Shown one piece after another: positions 18,769-36,368 of a DNA stretch of 64,000 bases. The notes below the pieces were generated by a model. It was not told where the DNA came from, searched no databases, and worked only from the letters and a program-made list of their open reading frames with translations. Source of the stretch: Escherichia phage vB_EcoM_ULIM9. The stretch lies in sequence record OQ850288; one strand, 5' to 3'. The translations under genes and the position numbers were made by a program. Each line of letters opens with the position of its first letter. Positions within the stretch are counted from its first letter, which is position 1.

Positions 18769-19668
18769 ATGTCACAAGCAGATTCAAGTTATAAAAATAT
18801 CCTGAACCATGTTTTATCAGTTGGTGAACTGCGTACTACACGAACTGGAGATGTTATCTCTGCATTTGCTCCACCTAAGTTTCGTTTTGATATGCGAACT
18901 GGTTTTCCACTCTTAACATCTAAACAGGTGTTTACAAGGCAAGTTATTGGGGAAGCTTTATGGTTCCTGAATGGTGAGAATAAACTTGGTGAACTTCGTT
19001 ACCGCACTTGGGGTGAAAATGATGGAGAACGCTGGACTATCTGGTCAGATGATTTTAAACGCTGGTTAAGCTCTAACTATTCTTCTGAGCAAGACTGGTT
19101 AGAAGATGCAGGTGGGAGAATCTACGGGGTTCAGTGGAGAAACTTTGAAGGTCATAATGGTTGTGTTGTAGACCAGTTAGAAACCTTAGTAACGAAGATG
19201 AAGGGTGATATCACAGACCGCTACATGCTTGTTAATGCTTGGAATGCAGCAGATATTGCAGCTAACTCTATGGCTTTAGCACCTTGCCATGTACTGTTTC
19301 AGATTTATATCACTAACGAAGGTGAAGTTGACTTACAATGGTATCAACGTTCTGTAGACACCTTTTTAGGACTTCCGTTTAACATTGCATCTTATGGTTT
19401 TATTCTGGAAGTTCTTTGCAAGATGACTGGATACACTCCACGGTACTTGATAGGTGTCTTTGGAGATACTCAGATTTATCAGAACCATATGAAGCAGGTT
19501 TATGAACTGATGAACAATGAAGAGTTCCATGCACCTACTTTTGAGATTGGTGTGCAGCTTAACACCCTAAGTGATTTAAAACACCTTACTGCAAGTGATT
19601 TTATTGGCGGCATTAACAACTACCAACATGCAGGGAAGATTGAAGCACCTCTGTCAGTAGGTAAGTAA
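18769..19668 (+). CDS. thyA: thymidylate synthase
   Basis: 299 aa; catalytic-site block PCHVLFQIY...YQRSVDTFLGLPFNIASYGF is the classical ThyA signature. Confidence 0.85.
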   Translation: MSQADSSYKNILNHVLSVGELRTTRTGDVISAFAPPKFRFDMRTGFPLLTSKQVFTRQVIGEALWFLNGENKLGELRYRTWGENDGERWTIWSDDFKRWLSSNYSSEQDWLEDAGGRIYGVQWRNFEGHNGCVVDQLETLVTKMKGDITDRYMLVNAWNAADIAANSMALAPCHVLFQIYITNEGEVDLQWYQRSVDTFLGLPFNIASYGFILEVLCKMTGYTPRYLIGVFGDTQIYQNHMKQVYELMNNEEFHAPTFEIGVQLNTLSDLKHLTASDFIGGINNYQHAGKIEAPLSVGK

Positions 19669-19671
19669 AAC

Positions 19672-19712
19672 AAAAAAGGCTCCCGTAAAAAGGAGCCTTA
19701 AACTTTATTTTT
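19672..19712. terminator. bidirectional intrinsic terminator between convergent genes
   Basis: Hairpin GGCTCC-cgtaaaaa-GGAGCC flanked by A-run upstream and T-run downstream; lies between thyA (+) and the minus-strand gene ending at 19705. Confidence 0.6.
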
Positions 19713-20076
19713 CAGTATTCTTTGTGTTCTTTTCAGTAATAGCTTGGAGGGCTGATACTGATTGAGCCAGATTGTTCACACTGTCAGAGAATTTATCAAG
19801 AGTTTTGGTAAGTTTTGCGTTTTCACCCTTAACATTCTCTAACTGAACTTTCTGGTTCTCCATCCCTAGCTGAATCAGTCTCATGTCAGACTGTAAATCA
19901 CGAATAGCTGAATAGTTACTTTTGGAATAATTATCTAGCTGCTGTAACTTTGTTGTGACAGACACTTCTTGCTTACCACTTGAAACTTGCATAGTGGTAT
20001 ACATCCCAATAACACTAAAAATACCAACTACAATTGCACCAATATTATTTTTAAAAGCTTCCTCTAGCCACTTCAT
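19705..20076 (-). CDS. membrane-anchored coiled-coil protein (possible i-spanin-like or fiber-assembly protein)
   Basis: 123 aa; one N-terminal transmembrane helix (GAIVVGIFSVIGMYTTM) then heptad-rich domain. Confidence 0.3.
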   Translation of the reverse strand: MKWLEEAFKNNIGAIVVGIFSVIGMYTTMQVSSGKQEVSVTTKLQQLDNYSKSNYSAIRDLQSDMRLIQLGMENQKVQLENVKGENAKLTKTLDKFSDSVNNLAQSVSALQAITEKNTKNTEK

Positions 20077-20271
20077 TTATTTCTCCCCCTTAAAAGCTTT
20101 TTCTAAGTTATCTACGAACTCATCATCAATAGGTGTGTCTGTTTTACTCGCAAGGTATCTTGCAAGCTTAAAGAACACTTTCTCAATCATGTATTCACTT
20201 AGAAGGGATAAAATGAGTTTCCAGAAGAAGCTACCTAGATTTTTTAGAAGAATTGCTAGGATTGTAGGCAT
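20077..20271 (-). CDS. small membrane protein (holin-like candidate)
   Basis: 64 aa; hydrophobic N-terminal half, charged C-terminus. Confidence 0.25.
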   Translation of the reverse strand: MPTILAILLKNLGSFFWKLILSLLSEYMIEKVFFKLARYLASKTDTPIDDEFVDNLEKAFKGEK

Positions 20272-20350
20272 TTAATCACCTCATCAGCCAAGATGGTGAG
20301 AATACCCATAAAGAATATTAACACCATCTTAACAATCAGTCAACAAGGGA

Positions 20351-22699
20351 TTAAGCAGTTCTCACCCAAGCCATTAACTTGTAGAACTGGTTAGTAACAC
20401 TAAATGCTGAACCAGAACCTGTACCACCAGTGTTACCACTAACTGTGTGACTGTGAGCACCAATACCTACAGAGTGAGCATGGTCGCCAGCAGATGCAGC
20501 AGTACCACTGACTGAGTGAGTGTGCGCACCATCATTTTCAGTCCAACCAACATGGGTCTGTCTAGAGTTTGAAGACGCGACTCTACCTGATGAAACGTTA
20601 GCGTTGTCACCCTGTGAAATTCTGTGTGCGTGTTGCCCAGAAGTTGCAGCAGTACCACTAACTGAGTGAGTGTGTGCACCAGTACCATTAGTGTTCTTCG
20701 TACCATAATCAAAAGATGAAGTGGTAGCAGAGAAACTATGGGTATGTGATGGTAAGTTACCAACAGCTAACGTCACAGAATCTGAGCCGCCTGTTGTAGC
20801 AACATCTGAACCGTTTGCTGCTGCGATTCTGATAGTTCTACCAACACCATTGTTCAGGTAAGTCCAAGTTAACCCAGGAAGTGCTGTATTAGGGTCAACA
20901 TTGCTGTTAAACCACGTTACAATACCTACTGGATAGATTTTATTAAGGTCTGTAGAGTCACTAATTGCTGTTGCAATTTTCTGGTCAGTTTCTGCTTTAG
21001 TATATGCACCAATCTCTGAAGGAGTTGGTTTAAAATCAGTTGTGTAAAGCTGTGCCTCTCCGGCATAGTCACCATTTCCGTCATAGGCATAGGTGAATGT
21101 TGCCAAACCGTTTGAACCGTATACAAAAGAGATACCCCTTGCGTGTGCAGCAGTCTTACTAGAGTGAGCAACATGAATTGCCAACTCTTTCAGACCACTA
21201 GTCACATTGTTGTTTCTGACAAAACCTGAATACCCAAGATTAAATGCTGAAGGGTTTCCAAGATTATCTACAGATGCAGTCATCAAAGATTGATTTAATA
21301 ACTGAGTCTTAACAAAGTATCTAGCATCTAAGTTAGACCAATTTTGTGGTTGAACCTGCCCATTAATATACAGATTCTTATTCATACTAACCAATGTTGG
21401 CTCTAGGGAAATTTGAGTGCCTGAAAAGCTGTTGCTCAAGGTTACCACGTTAGAATTAGCAGTTCCTACGCCCAGCCACCACCTAGATACGTTCGCAGTA
21501 TCCACACCACGGATATATTGTGGCTGTCCCTGTGTTAAGTTCCTCAATACTAGGCCTTCATTGTTAGATACAATAGTCTGCACATTCGTGAAAGTGTTTG
21601 CCACATTAATCTTAGCAAGACTACTCAAAGTAGCTGCTGGAATGTATCTAGAGTCGATATTAGCCCAATCAGAAGGTTGAACTTGACCTCCAATTTGGAC
21701 TGTTCTGCTCATGGTAATGGTGTTACCTAATGAGATTTGTGTTTTTGCTAAATAGTTATAGATGTTTACAATGTTTTCATCACCATCATTACCAATGTAC
21801 CACTTATTAGTTCCATCTGATTTCCTTGCTTGGATATACAAAGCCGCAGTTGTATCTACATTTTGAATAGTAATAGCATTAGCATTCTTCTTAATAACAA
21901 AATTAGTGAAAATATTAGAACCACTAAATGTGTTATTGCCAGCTAACTGCGCAAATCTCTGATTAGCTGCTGTCTGAGTAAAGTATCTAGAATCTAAGTT
22001 AGCCCAATCAGATGGTTGAACTTGACCAGTAATCTGGATAGATTTGTTCACAGAAATTAGGTTATCCAAAAGAGCTAAATACGCACCGGATTTGACATTT
22101 TTGATAACAAGATTGTCTGTACCTCTATTATCATTACCTAGATACCACCTGTTAGTGCCATCTACATCTTGACCACGAATATAGAGTGGCATATCCTGTG
22201 TGATATTTTTAACAATAAGAGCTTCATTGTCAGAGAGAATAGCTTGAGTACCTCTAAAGGTGTTATTTACAGCTAGTCTTGCATACCTTGCATCATTCTC
22301 TTCATTAGTTCTCATCCCAAGTTCATTAGGACTTGGCTTATTCAGAGTATGATAGACAGTTGCTGACCTTGAAGCATCTGCAATAGTTAGTTTAAGGCCG
22401 TTTGCGTTGATTTTAAAAGTCTTTAAAACATCCCCAACAGTAATCTCAGAAGAGCCTGTAGGGTCGAATACAGCCTTGCCACCGTAAAGTAGCTTAACAA
22501 TTCCTAAGTCACCCGTCATAGTGCTACCAGCAATCTGAACAAATCTTTCAAGTTTAAAAGATGCTAAGAAATCTTGATAGGTCATTCGACGGTCTTCATC
22601 ACCCAGCATTTCAGGTCTCTTTTTAACCCTGACATGAAGAAGGTCGTCTGAACGAATTGTGTCGATTGAGTTTAATTCACTCAACTTGTAGTCTGCCAT
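20351..22699 (-). CDS. tail fiber protein with three internal repeats and His-rich C-terminal tip
   Basis: 782 aa; three roughly 110-aa repeats each ending GQVQPSDWANLDSRY-like; C-terminal HxH array (GAHTHSVSGTAA...HAHSVGIGAHSHTVSG). Confidence 0.7.
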   Translation of the reverse strand: MADYKLSELNSIDTIRSDDLLHVRVKKRPEMLGDEDRRMTYQDFLASFKLERFVQIAGSTMTGDLGIVKLLYGGKAVFDPTGSSEITVGDVLKTFKINANGLKLTIADASRSATVYHTLNKPSPNELGMRTNEENDARYARLAVNNTFRGTQAILSDNEALIVKNITQDMPLYIRGQDVDGTNRWYLGNDNRGTDNLVIKNVKSGAYLALLDNLISVNKSIQITGQVQPSDWANLDSRYFTQTAANQRFAQLAGNNTFSGSNIFTNFVIKKNANAITIQNVDTTAALYIQARKSDGTNKWYIGNDGDENIVNIYNYLAKTQISLGNTITMSRTVQIGGQVQPSDWANIDSRYIPAATLSSLAKINVANTFTNVQTIVSNNEGLVLRNLTQGQPQYIRGVDTANVSRWWLGVGTANSNVVTLSNSFSGTQISLEPTLVSMNKNLYINGQVQPQNWSNLDARYFVKTQLLNQSLMTASVDNLGNPSAFNLGYSGFVRNNNVTSGLKELAIHVAHSSKTAAHARGISFVYGSNGLATFTYAYDGNGDYAGEAQLYTTDFKPTPSEIGAYTKAETDQKIATAISDSTDLNKIYPVGIVTWFNSNVDPNTALPGLTWTYLNNGVGRTIRIAAANGSDVATTGGSDSVTLAVGNLPSHTHSFSATTSSFDYGTKNTNGTGAHTHSVSGTAATSGQHAHRISQGDNANVSSGRVASSNSRQTHVGWTENDGAHTHSVSGTAASAGDHAHSVGIGAHSHTVSGNTGGTGSGSAFSVTNQFYKLMAWVRTA

Positions 22700-22745
22700 T
22701 ATAAATTTTCCTCTAAAAAGGGGCTATAAAGCCCCTGTAAAGAAA

Positions 22746-23918
22746 TTAAGCTGTTCTCTGCCATACATACAGTACGAAGGATGGCTGCTCAATATTAACT
22801 GCCTGACCTCCACCAACGCTATTTGTATTGCCACTATGTGTATGTTCAGAAGAAGAAACTGTTACAGTGCCACTGTGCGTGTGTGAACCAATACCAACTG
22901 TATGGCTGTGAGCACCAATACCAACCGTGTGGCTGTGGTCACCTGATGCACCAGATGTGACGTTAAAGCTGTGTGAGTGCGCACCGTCACTAGAAGTCCT
23001 TGATGTTCTTCTTGCACCACCACCATCAGAGTCAGCTACAGCATTACCAGTGCCATCATTTTCTCTAGGATACACATCATGGTTGTGAGTACCATTGGTG
23101 CTAGTGTTACCTGACACACCGTGTGTATGGTTGCCAGTTGTGTTAGTAGCTTTTGTTCCATAGTCAAAAGAGCTAGTAGTCTTAGTCCCATAGTCAAAAG
23201 CTGAAATTGACACAGTTGCATTATGAGTGTGACCACCACCACTAAGAGATACAGAGTGGGAGTGTTGAGGCATGTTATTAACTGACAAAGTAACAGTTGA
23301 AGCACCAAATACAGAACCTGCTGGTCTTGCATCAGAGGCATAACCAACCAATGCCCTACCTTTTGAAACCAACTCCCAAGTACCTCCACAAATTAAATAT
23401 GTAGAAGGGTTTGCAGAGTTCATGGAAAGATGGATAGTACCTACCGGATAGGAAGCCTGAACAGCCTTGTACAAGTTATTTACTGCTCTCGCTGTAGCAT
23501 ACTTATCTGCATCTTCATTATAAAGGTTAGATGTTGTCCAGTTCTGGACATTACTCAACCCTACCTGTACCTTAGTTGTATTGTGCGGATTACTCTTATC
23601 ATTAATATGCTGTTGAACAAGGCTATTAACCTCTTCGGAAGACATAATCTGTAGATTTGCTCTTGCCTCAGCTACATTAACAATATCTGATAAGTTATTT
23701 GCAGCAACTAACTGAAGAGCATTAATAACATTATCTAAACCAATTTGTGTTTTAGTAACACCATGAGGGTTATTTCTTAGGCTTGAGTGTGGAGCAAGCA
23801 ATTGCTCAAGAGTGCATCTCTTATCCTCAATACCCTGCTTAAGATGGAAGATATCACTAAGGTCAATTGGTAAGGCTGCTTGAGGCAAGGCACTAATTTG
23901 AATTTCACCTACTGCCAT
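22746..23918 (-). CDS. tail fiber / receptor-binding protein with His-rich C-terminal tip
   Basis: 390 aa; C-terminal HxH array (GNHTHGVSGN...GAHSHTVGIGSHTHSG) and terminal ...YVWQRTA similar to ...MAWVRTA of the neighbouring fiber. Confidence 0.65.
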   Translation of the reverse strand: MAVGEIQISALPQAALPIDLSDIFHLKQGIEDKRCTLEQLLAPHSSLRNNPHGVTKTQIGLDNVINALQLVAANNLSDIVNVAEARANLQIMSSEEVNSLVQQHINDKSNPHNTTKVQVGLSNVQNWTTSNLYNEDADKYATARAVNNLYKAVQASYPVGTIHLSMNSANPSTYLICGGTWELVSKGRALVGYASDARPAGSVFGASTVTLSVNNMPQHSHSVSLSGGGHTHNATVSISAFDYGTKTTSSFDYGTKATNTTGNHTHGVSGNTSTNGTHNHDVYPRENDGTGNAVADSDGGGARRTSRTSSDGAHSHSFNVTSGASGDHSHTVGIGAHSHTVGIGSHTHSGTVTVSSSEHTHSGNTNSVGGGQAVNIEQPSFVLYVWQRTA

Positions 23919-23920
23919 TA

Positions 23921-31915
<7,995 letters not shown>

Positions 31916-31916
<1 letters not shown>

Positions 31917-32155
31917 TACATTTTTCCTGCTCTTCTAAGTTCGTTGTAAGCAATTTCCTCTTTATACGACCTCTGAATTTCAAGAAATTGTCTCAATGAT
32001 AATAAATCAGAGAATGTCATAGCAAAGAGTTGGTCAAGTGTTTCTTTACACCCTTCCATACCATAAATAGCAAGCACAAATTTCATCTCGTCTGCTTCTT
32101 CATAGGTTGCCTCTACAGCAGCATCAGTTAGTGGTGTCTGTAGAGTGTTACCCAT
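31916..32155 (-). CDS. tail assembly chaperone, frameshift-extension segment
   Basis: 79-aa ORF in the -1 frame relative to 32158-32556; that frame stays open across the upstream T6 run. Confidence 0.5.
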
Positions 32156-32157
32156 GT

Positions 32158-32556
32158 TTACTGAGAAGTTAGGCTTTTGAAAATGCTTGCTTCGAAAAAA
32201 CTTCCGAAGTTTGCCTCCAGCGCAAATGCTAAGTAATCAATAAATTCACCATAGTTTGCTTGGAAGTACGTATCAATATTAAGTGGGAAGTCATCAACAG
32301 TTGCCCCTTGAAATAGTAATGTAGCCATCTCTTCAAGGTTAATTTCTTCAATTCTGTCAAAACAAGCTTCAACAAGTTCTTTAAATGGAACCATTGGAGC
32401 TTCTTTCTTACCCTTGTCAGTCAGACTTGATAGCATCTGTGCAAAAGTTGGAACAACAATTTTACCCAACTTCATAGACATCTTAATACCATCTCTTGCC
32501 CCAAGCAGAACGATATTTACTTTCTTGCCGTTAATTACTCTAGATTCTGTTTTCAT
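32158..32556 (-). CDS. tail assembly chaperone
   Basis: 132 aa; between tail tube and tape measure; TTTTTTC slippery run near its 3' end. Confidence 0.55.
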   Translation of the reverse strand: MKTESRVINGKKVNIVLLGARDGIKMSMKLGKIVVPTFAQMLSSLTDKGKKEAPMVPFKELVEACFDRIEEINLEEMATLLFQGATVDDFPLNIDTYFQANYGEFIDYLAFALEANFGSFFEASIFKSLTSQ

Positions 32557-32583
32557 TGTGATTCCTTAATACTTTTAAAAGAA

Positions 32584-32618
32584 ACAAAAAAGGGGAAGAC
32601 CTTTTAAAGTCTCCCCCT
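32584..32618 (-). terminator. intrinsic terminator after tail tube gene
   Basis: Minus-strand hairpin GGGGAGAC-loop-GTCTTCCCC followed by TTTTTTGTTTC. Confidence 0.55.
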
Positions 32619-32629
32619 TATAGGATTTA

Positions 32630-33076
32630 TTAAACACTTGACGCTGGAATTGTAGAAGTGTAGTCTAGCTTCTCACAACCAAAAATCCAAGTTTTAGAGT
32701 TTTGGTCACGACCAAGTTCAACCTGTGGTAATTCCTGCAACCAAGCGTTAATACCAGTTGCCAGAACAGAGCCTGATGGGTCGTAGATTACGAAGTTAGA
32801 AGAGATATCTTCTTCAAGTTCCATATTGTCTTGTTTAGCTTGAATTGCAGAAAGCATCTGGTTAGAGAGGGAAGTCTGCATTAGCTCAATCTCAATAGTA
32901 CCTGTCTTGTCTGCATTTCTTGTCAGAGCAACTTGACCACCTGCACCAACAACTGGTGTTACAAGTGGTGATGTTCTCTGTAGACGCAAGAATGAGTCTG
33001 GGGCAAAGCCTTCAATGGCAATACCATTCCAGCTACATACAACGTCTTTAGGGGAATATTGCTGATACATAGCCAT
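32630..33076 (-). CDS. tail tube protein
   Basis: 148 aa; directly downstream of the sheath gene, followed by a strong terminator. Confidence 0.55.
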   Translation of the reverse strand: MAMYQQYSPKDVVCSWNGIAIEGFAPDSFLRLQRTSPLVTPVVGAGGQVALTRNADKTGTIEIELMQTSLSNQMLSAIQAKQDNMELEEDISSNFVIYDPSGSVLATGINAWLQELPQVELGRDQNSKTWIFGCEKLDYTSTIPASSV

Positions 33077-33091
33077 TCCAATTTACCTCTA

Positions 33092-34444
33092 TTATTCGTA
33101 AGCCACTGTACCTTTCAAGTCAACATCCAAGATAGCCCCTGCTAAGACACCTGCGAAGGTAACGTCTTTCAGGATACGCGCTTTCTTGTCTGCCAAAGCA
33201 ACTTGAGAGGCTTTAGGAACATTAACTGTGTAAGATGACAGGAAGTTTCTGTTGACTGCTCTTTGCAGAGAGGTTTCAATGACTTGACGAATACGGGTAA
33301 TACCAGTATCATCATAAGTAATCTTACCACCCTTCTGATTAATTAGCAAGTCTCTCAGAGAAGTTTTCAGGTCTGATTCTAACCAGTCAACACCACGGAT
33401 GATATCAATCCATTCCCCACCAGAAGTAATCCCTCTACGAACCACCGGAACACCACCATCAAGGTCGATAAAGTTACAGTGACGTGCATCTAAAGCTGAC
33501 TTCTGAATACTTGTCAGAGGTCTCTTATTAGCTGGCTGTAGAGAAGCAGCTACACCAGTTAGCTGAGCATTACCCCAAGCAATTGAACCTGCATCATATG
33601 GAGCACCATAAGCAATGTATGCCATCTCTGGATAATCTTCTGCTGCTGTGTGATGCCACAAGCAAACTGTGCGAGTATACATACTCTTAGCAAGCTGTGC
33701 TGGAACATCATTTGCACTGTTTAATTCTGTACCTTGTAGTGCTGATACATCAGAGTTAGCAGTGAAGAAGATTTTCTTACGAGCCTGAATCTCAGAAGCC
33801 ATTGCTAAGACAAACTGTTGAGTTCTGTCTTCTGCTGCAATGAAATACCAGTCGGTAGAATAAGCTTCAATGGCTGCCAGAGCAGTTGATGCTGTATCGG
33901 CAGTTGTACTTGCAATATATACAGTCTGTGCTGTGGTTGTTACTTTCACAAAGTCATTATCACCAGCTTTGGTAATAATCATTGTGGCAGAACCAGCACT
34001 ACCAGTTACATTCACAGAAACCTTATCTTTGATTGTTGGGTCAGCTTCAATCTGTGTTTTAAACTGTTGCAAAACTTTCTCAGCAGTATCTGAGCTTTTT
34101 GATGTGTACTGATATGGTTGAGAAATTCCACCACCAACAGCTACAGTAATTGAGTAGTCTGTACTTTCGGTAACAGTATTAGGAATTGATACAGTGTACT
34201 GCATAGTACGTCTACCAATATAAAGCTGAGTTACTTTAGGAGTCTGACTCCAAAGTTGTTTAGCAGCCTTATATGCAGCAGACCTCTCATCGAAATCTTC
34301 AGCAACTTCAGTTAAGGAAGTGTAGCCACGTACTCTTTCTTCAAAGTTATCTGTTGAAGCTAAGAATAGTGGCAAACCAAAACCTTCTCTTGTAGTTCCT
34401 GCGGTGTTCAATGTAATATCTACATTAACAATTGGATTCCACAT
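33092..34444 (-). CDS. contractile tail sheath protein
   Basis: 450 aa; size and position upstream of tube, chaperones and tape measure. Confidence 0.55.
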   Translation of the reverse strand: MWNPIVNVDITLNTAGTTREGFGLPLFLASTDNFEERVRGYTSLTEVAEDFDERSAAYKAAKQLWSQTPKVTQLYIGRRTMQYTVSIPNTVTESTDYSITVAVGGGISQPYQYTSKSSDTAEKVLQQFKTQIEADPTIKDKVSVNVTGSAGSATMIITKAGDNDFVKVTTTAQTVYIASTTADTASTALAAIEAYSTDWYFIAAEDRTQQFVLAMASEIQARKKIFFTANSDVSALQGTELNSANDVPAQLAKSMYTRTVCLWHHTAAEDYPEMAYIAYGAPYDAGSIAWGNAQLTGVAASLQPANKRPLTSIQKSALDARHCNFIDLDGGVPVVRRGITSGGEWIDIIRGVDWLESDLKTSLRDLLINQKGGKITYDDTGITRIRQVIETSLQRAVNRNFLSSYTVNVPKASQVALADKKARILKDVTFAGVLAGAILDVDLKGTVAYE

Positions 34445-35044
34445 TTATTTTACCCCTTTGGAGTCTACATCTAGATGGATAGTATATTCTGGTGGCTCTT
34501 GTCCTTCTTCATAAACCAACTCACCATCAACAATGACACGCTCAATAATACTTCCACGTTCATCCTTCAGGACTGAGTTTTTTACAAGAGTTACAACAAG
34601 AGGTGCAGAATTTTCGAAATCTGTATTGAGATAAGTGTAATCATTTGGGATTGCTCCAGTGTCTAGTACTGTAGCCCCTGTTTCTTCAAGGATTAAATCT
34701 CTGACTGAACTCATCTCTAATCGTTGTTTAAGCTCAAGCATAATACTGTGAGCACCTTTACCATTCACCGTAATTAATACTGGAATCTGAAAAGCAATTC
34801 TGTAGCAAACTACATCATCCTCAACAAACTTATCAAGAACCCAACCATAAGGTGTTGCAGCATCTTGACAGTATACGGTAATAAATGGCTGGTCAGGTTT
34901 TAAACCTTTGTCATTTGAGTTATCAGAAGGGTAAGCTCTAATTACGTTTGGTCTATTATTTTTATCACGAGCTAGTCTGTGACCAATAACATCCACTAAG
35001 GTTCTAACTAGACCTTTTTCAAGTTCTGCTGTTTCTAACTGCAT
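34445..35044 (-). CDS. neck / tail completion protein
   Basis: 199 aa; synteny between capsid and sheath. Confidence 0.35.
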   Translation of the reverse strand: MQLETAELEKGLVRTLVDVIGHRLARDKNNRPNVIRAYPSDNSNDKGLKPDQPFITVYCQDAATPYGWVLDKFVEDDVVCYRIAFQIPVLITVNGKGAHSIMLELKQRLEMSSVRDLILEETGATVLDTGAIPNDYTYLNTDFENSAPLVVTLVKNSVLKDERGSIIERVIVDGELVYEEGQEPPEYTIHLDVDSKGVK

Positions 35045-35420
35045 TCATTTTATCCCTTCTAATAATAATATATTCATAATGGGACGTATGGGCTAATTGC
35101 TGTGACCAATCCATAGTCATAAATACTTCATACTCATGACCATCAATCATAACAATATCAGACTCATTCCACTCTACATCATCTGAAGTTCTAAGTTTAT
35201 ATGTGGTATACAGGATTCTTGTATCGGTAAGTCTGATACCTTCCGGTAAAGCAATCTGTGTACCATTCTTTACAGAACCTTTGATATATGGCTGGATATT
35301 ACCTTTACAGTTAACCTCTACAATATCTTGTGAAGCTACCCAATCACCATCATCATTGTAATAACCGTCTTCAGAGACTTTACGCTTTACTACAAAGCTG
35401 TGTCTGTTTAAGAGTCTCAT
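35019..35420 (-). CDS. head-tail connector protein
   Basis: 133 aa; synteny. Confidence 0.35.
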   Translation of the reverse strand: MRLLNRHSFVVKRKVSEDGYYNDDGDWVASQDIVEVNCKGNIQPYIKGSVKNGTQIALPEGIRLTDTRILYTTYKLRTSDDVEWNESDIVMIDGHEYEVFMTMDWSQQLAHTSHYEYIIIRRDKMNAVRNSRT

Positions 35421-35899
35421 TTCTTAATACCCTTCTTAGTAGAAATTTTATAAGCAAGATTATCTCTTAAGTCACCTGTCTCAACAAGAGGTGCGTTAAA
35501 GCCTTTTTTCTTGACTGTGGAAGGTGCGTTAGGAGGGAGGATAGCAGAATTACCAAAACCCCTTTTAATTGCCTTTTGAGCATTCTTTGCAAATGCTTCT
35601 AAGGTATTTGAAGGGTCTGTGTTGAGACTGCTAAGTTGCTTATATAGATTCTTCTTAGTCTGCTCTAACAAGGTCTGTTTGTTTAGCATCATAGTGATTT
35701 CAAACAACCTACGATATACTTTACCAGAAGCTGAAGGAACCCCAATAACTTCTTGTAAATACATTAAAGCAGGATAAGAAAAACCAGAGCTATGTTGACC
35801 TTGTTCTTGAAAATACCCAACTTGAGCATTAGCCGTTTGCAAGTTCTTCATAGCCCCGACTAATTTTGCTCTAGCGGGGTGAATAACCCTTTTAACCAT
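35417..35899 (-). CDS. head-tail joining protein
   Basis: 160 aa; synteny. Confidence 0.35.
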   Translation of the reverse strand: MVKRVIHPARAKLVGAMKNLQTANAQVGYFQEQGQHSSGFSYPALMYLQEVIGVPSASGKVYRRLFEITMMLNKQTLLEQTKKNLYKQLSSLNTDPSNTLEAFAKNAQKAIKRGFGNSAILPPNAPSTVKKKGFNAPLVETGDLRDNLAYKISTKKGIKK

Positions 35900-36348
35900 T
35901 ATTCATCTCGCTCGATAATAAATACGCCATTAACACGGTTGCAGTAATCTCTGCCTTCGTATCTGGCAGCATCACCATATTCTGTGTATTTCTTGACAGA
36001 GCAAGGATTCTGACGACGCATGTCAATATCACACTGATTAATACCACCTGCATAGGGTAGTCCTGAAACAGAGCTTTTAACAAGGTCGTCATAAACAGCT
36101 TTCAGAGACTTGAATCTGGAAGAGTTACGTAAATAAACACCACCAACCTTCTCATCTCCCATCTTGGCTACTTGAAAGAGTAAATATTTAAGAGCTTTGA
36201 TGGCTGCTTTCTTTTCATCCTTTCCAGATTCTAGGTAGAACCACTCTAGCACAGACTGCTCAATAAGAATTTCATCATTATTAGTGTCTGTGCAGAGGAT
36301 TCTTACTCTATCAAGAGGGTTATTGGCTGGGTCGCCTGTATAACACAT
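35899..36348 (-). CDS. head completion / adaptor protein
   Basis: 149 aa; synteny. Confidence 0.35.
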   Translation of the reverse strand: MCYTGDPANNPLDRVRILCTDTNNDEILIEQSVLEWFYLESGKDEKKAAIKALKYLLFQVAKMGDEKVGGVYLRNSSRFKSLKAVYDDLVKSSVSGLPYAGGINQCDIDMRRQNPCSVKKYTEYGDAARYEGRDYCNRVNGVFIIERDE

Positions 36349-36368
36349 TCATAACCCTCCTAAGTTTA

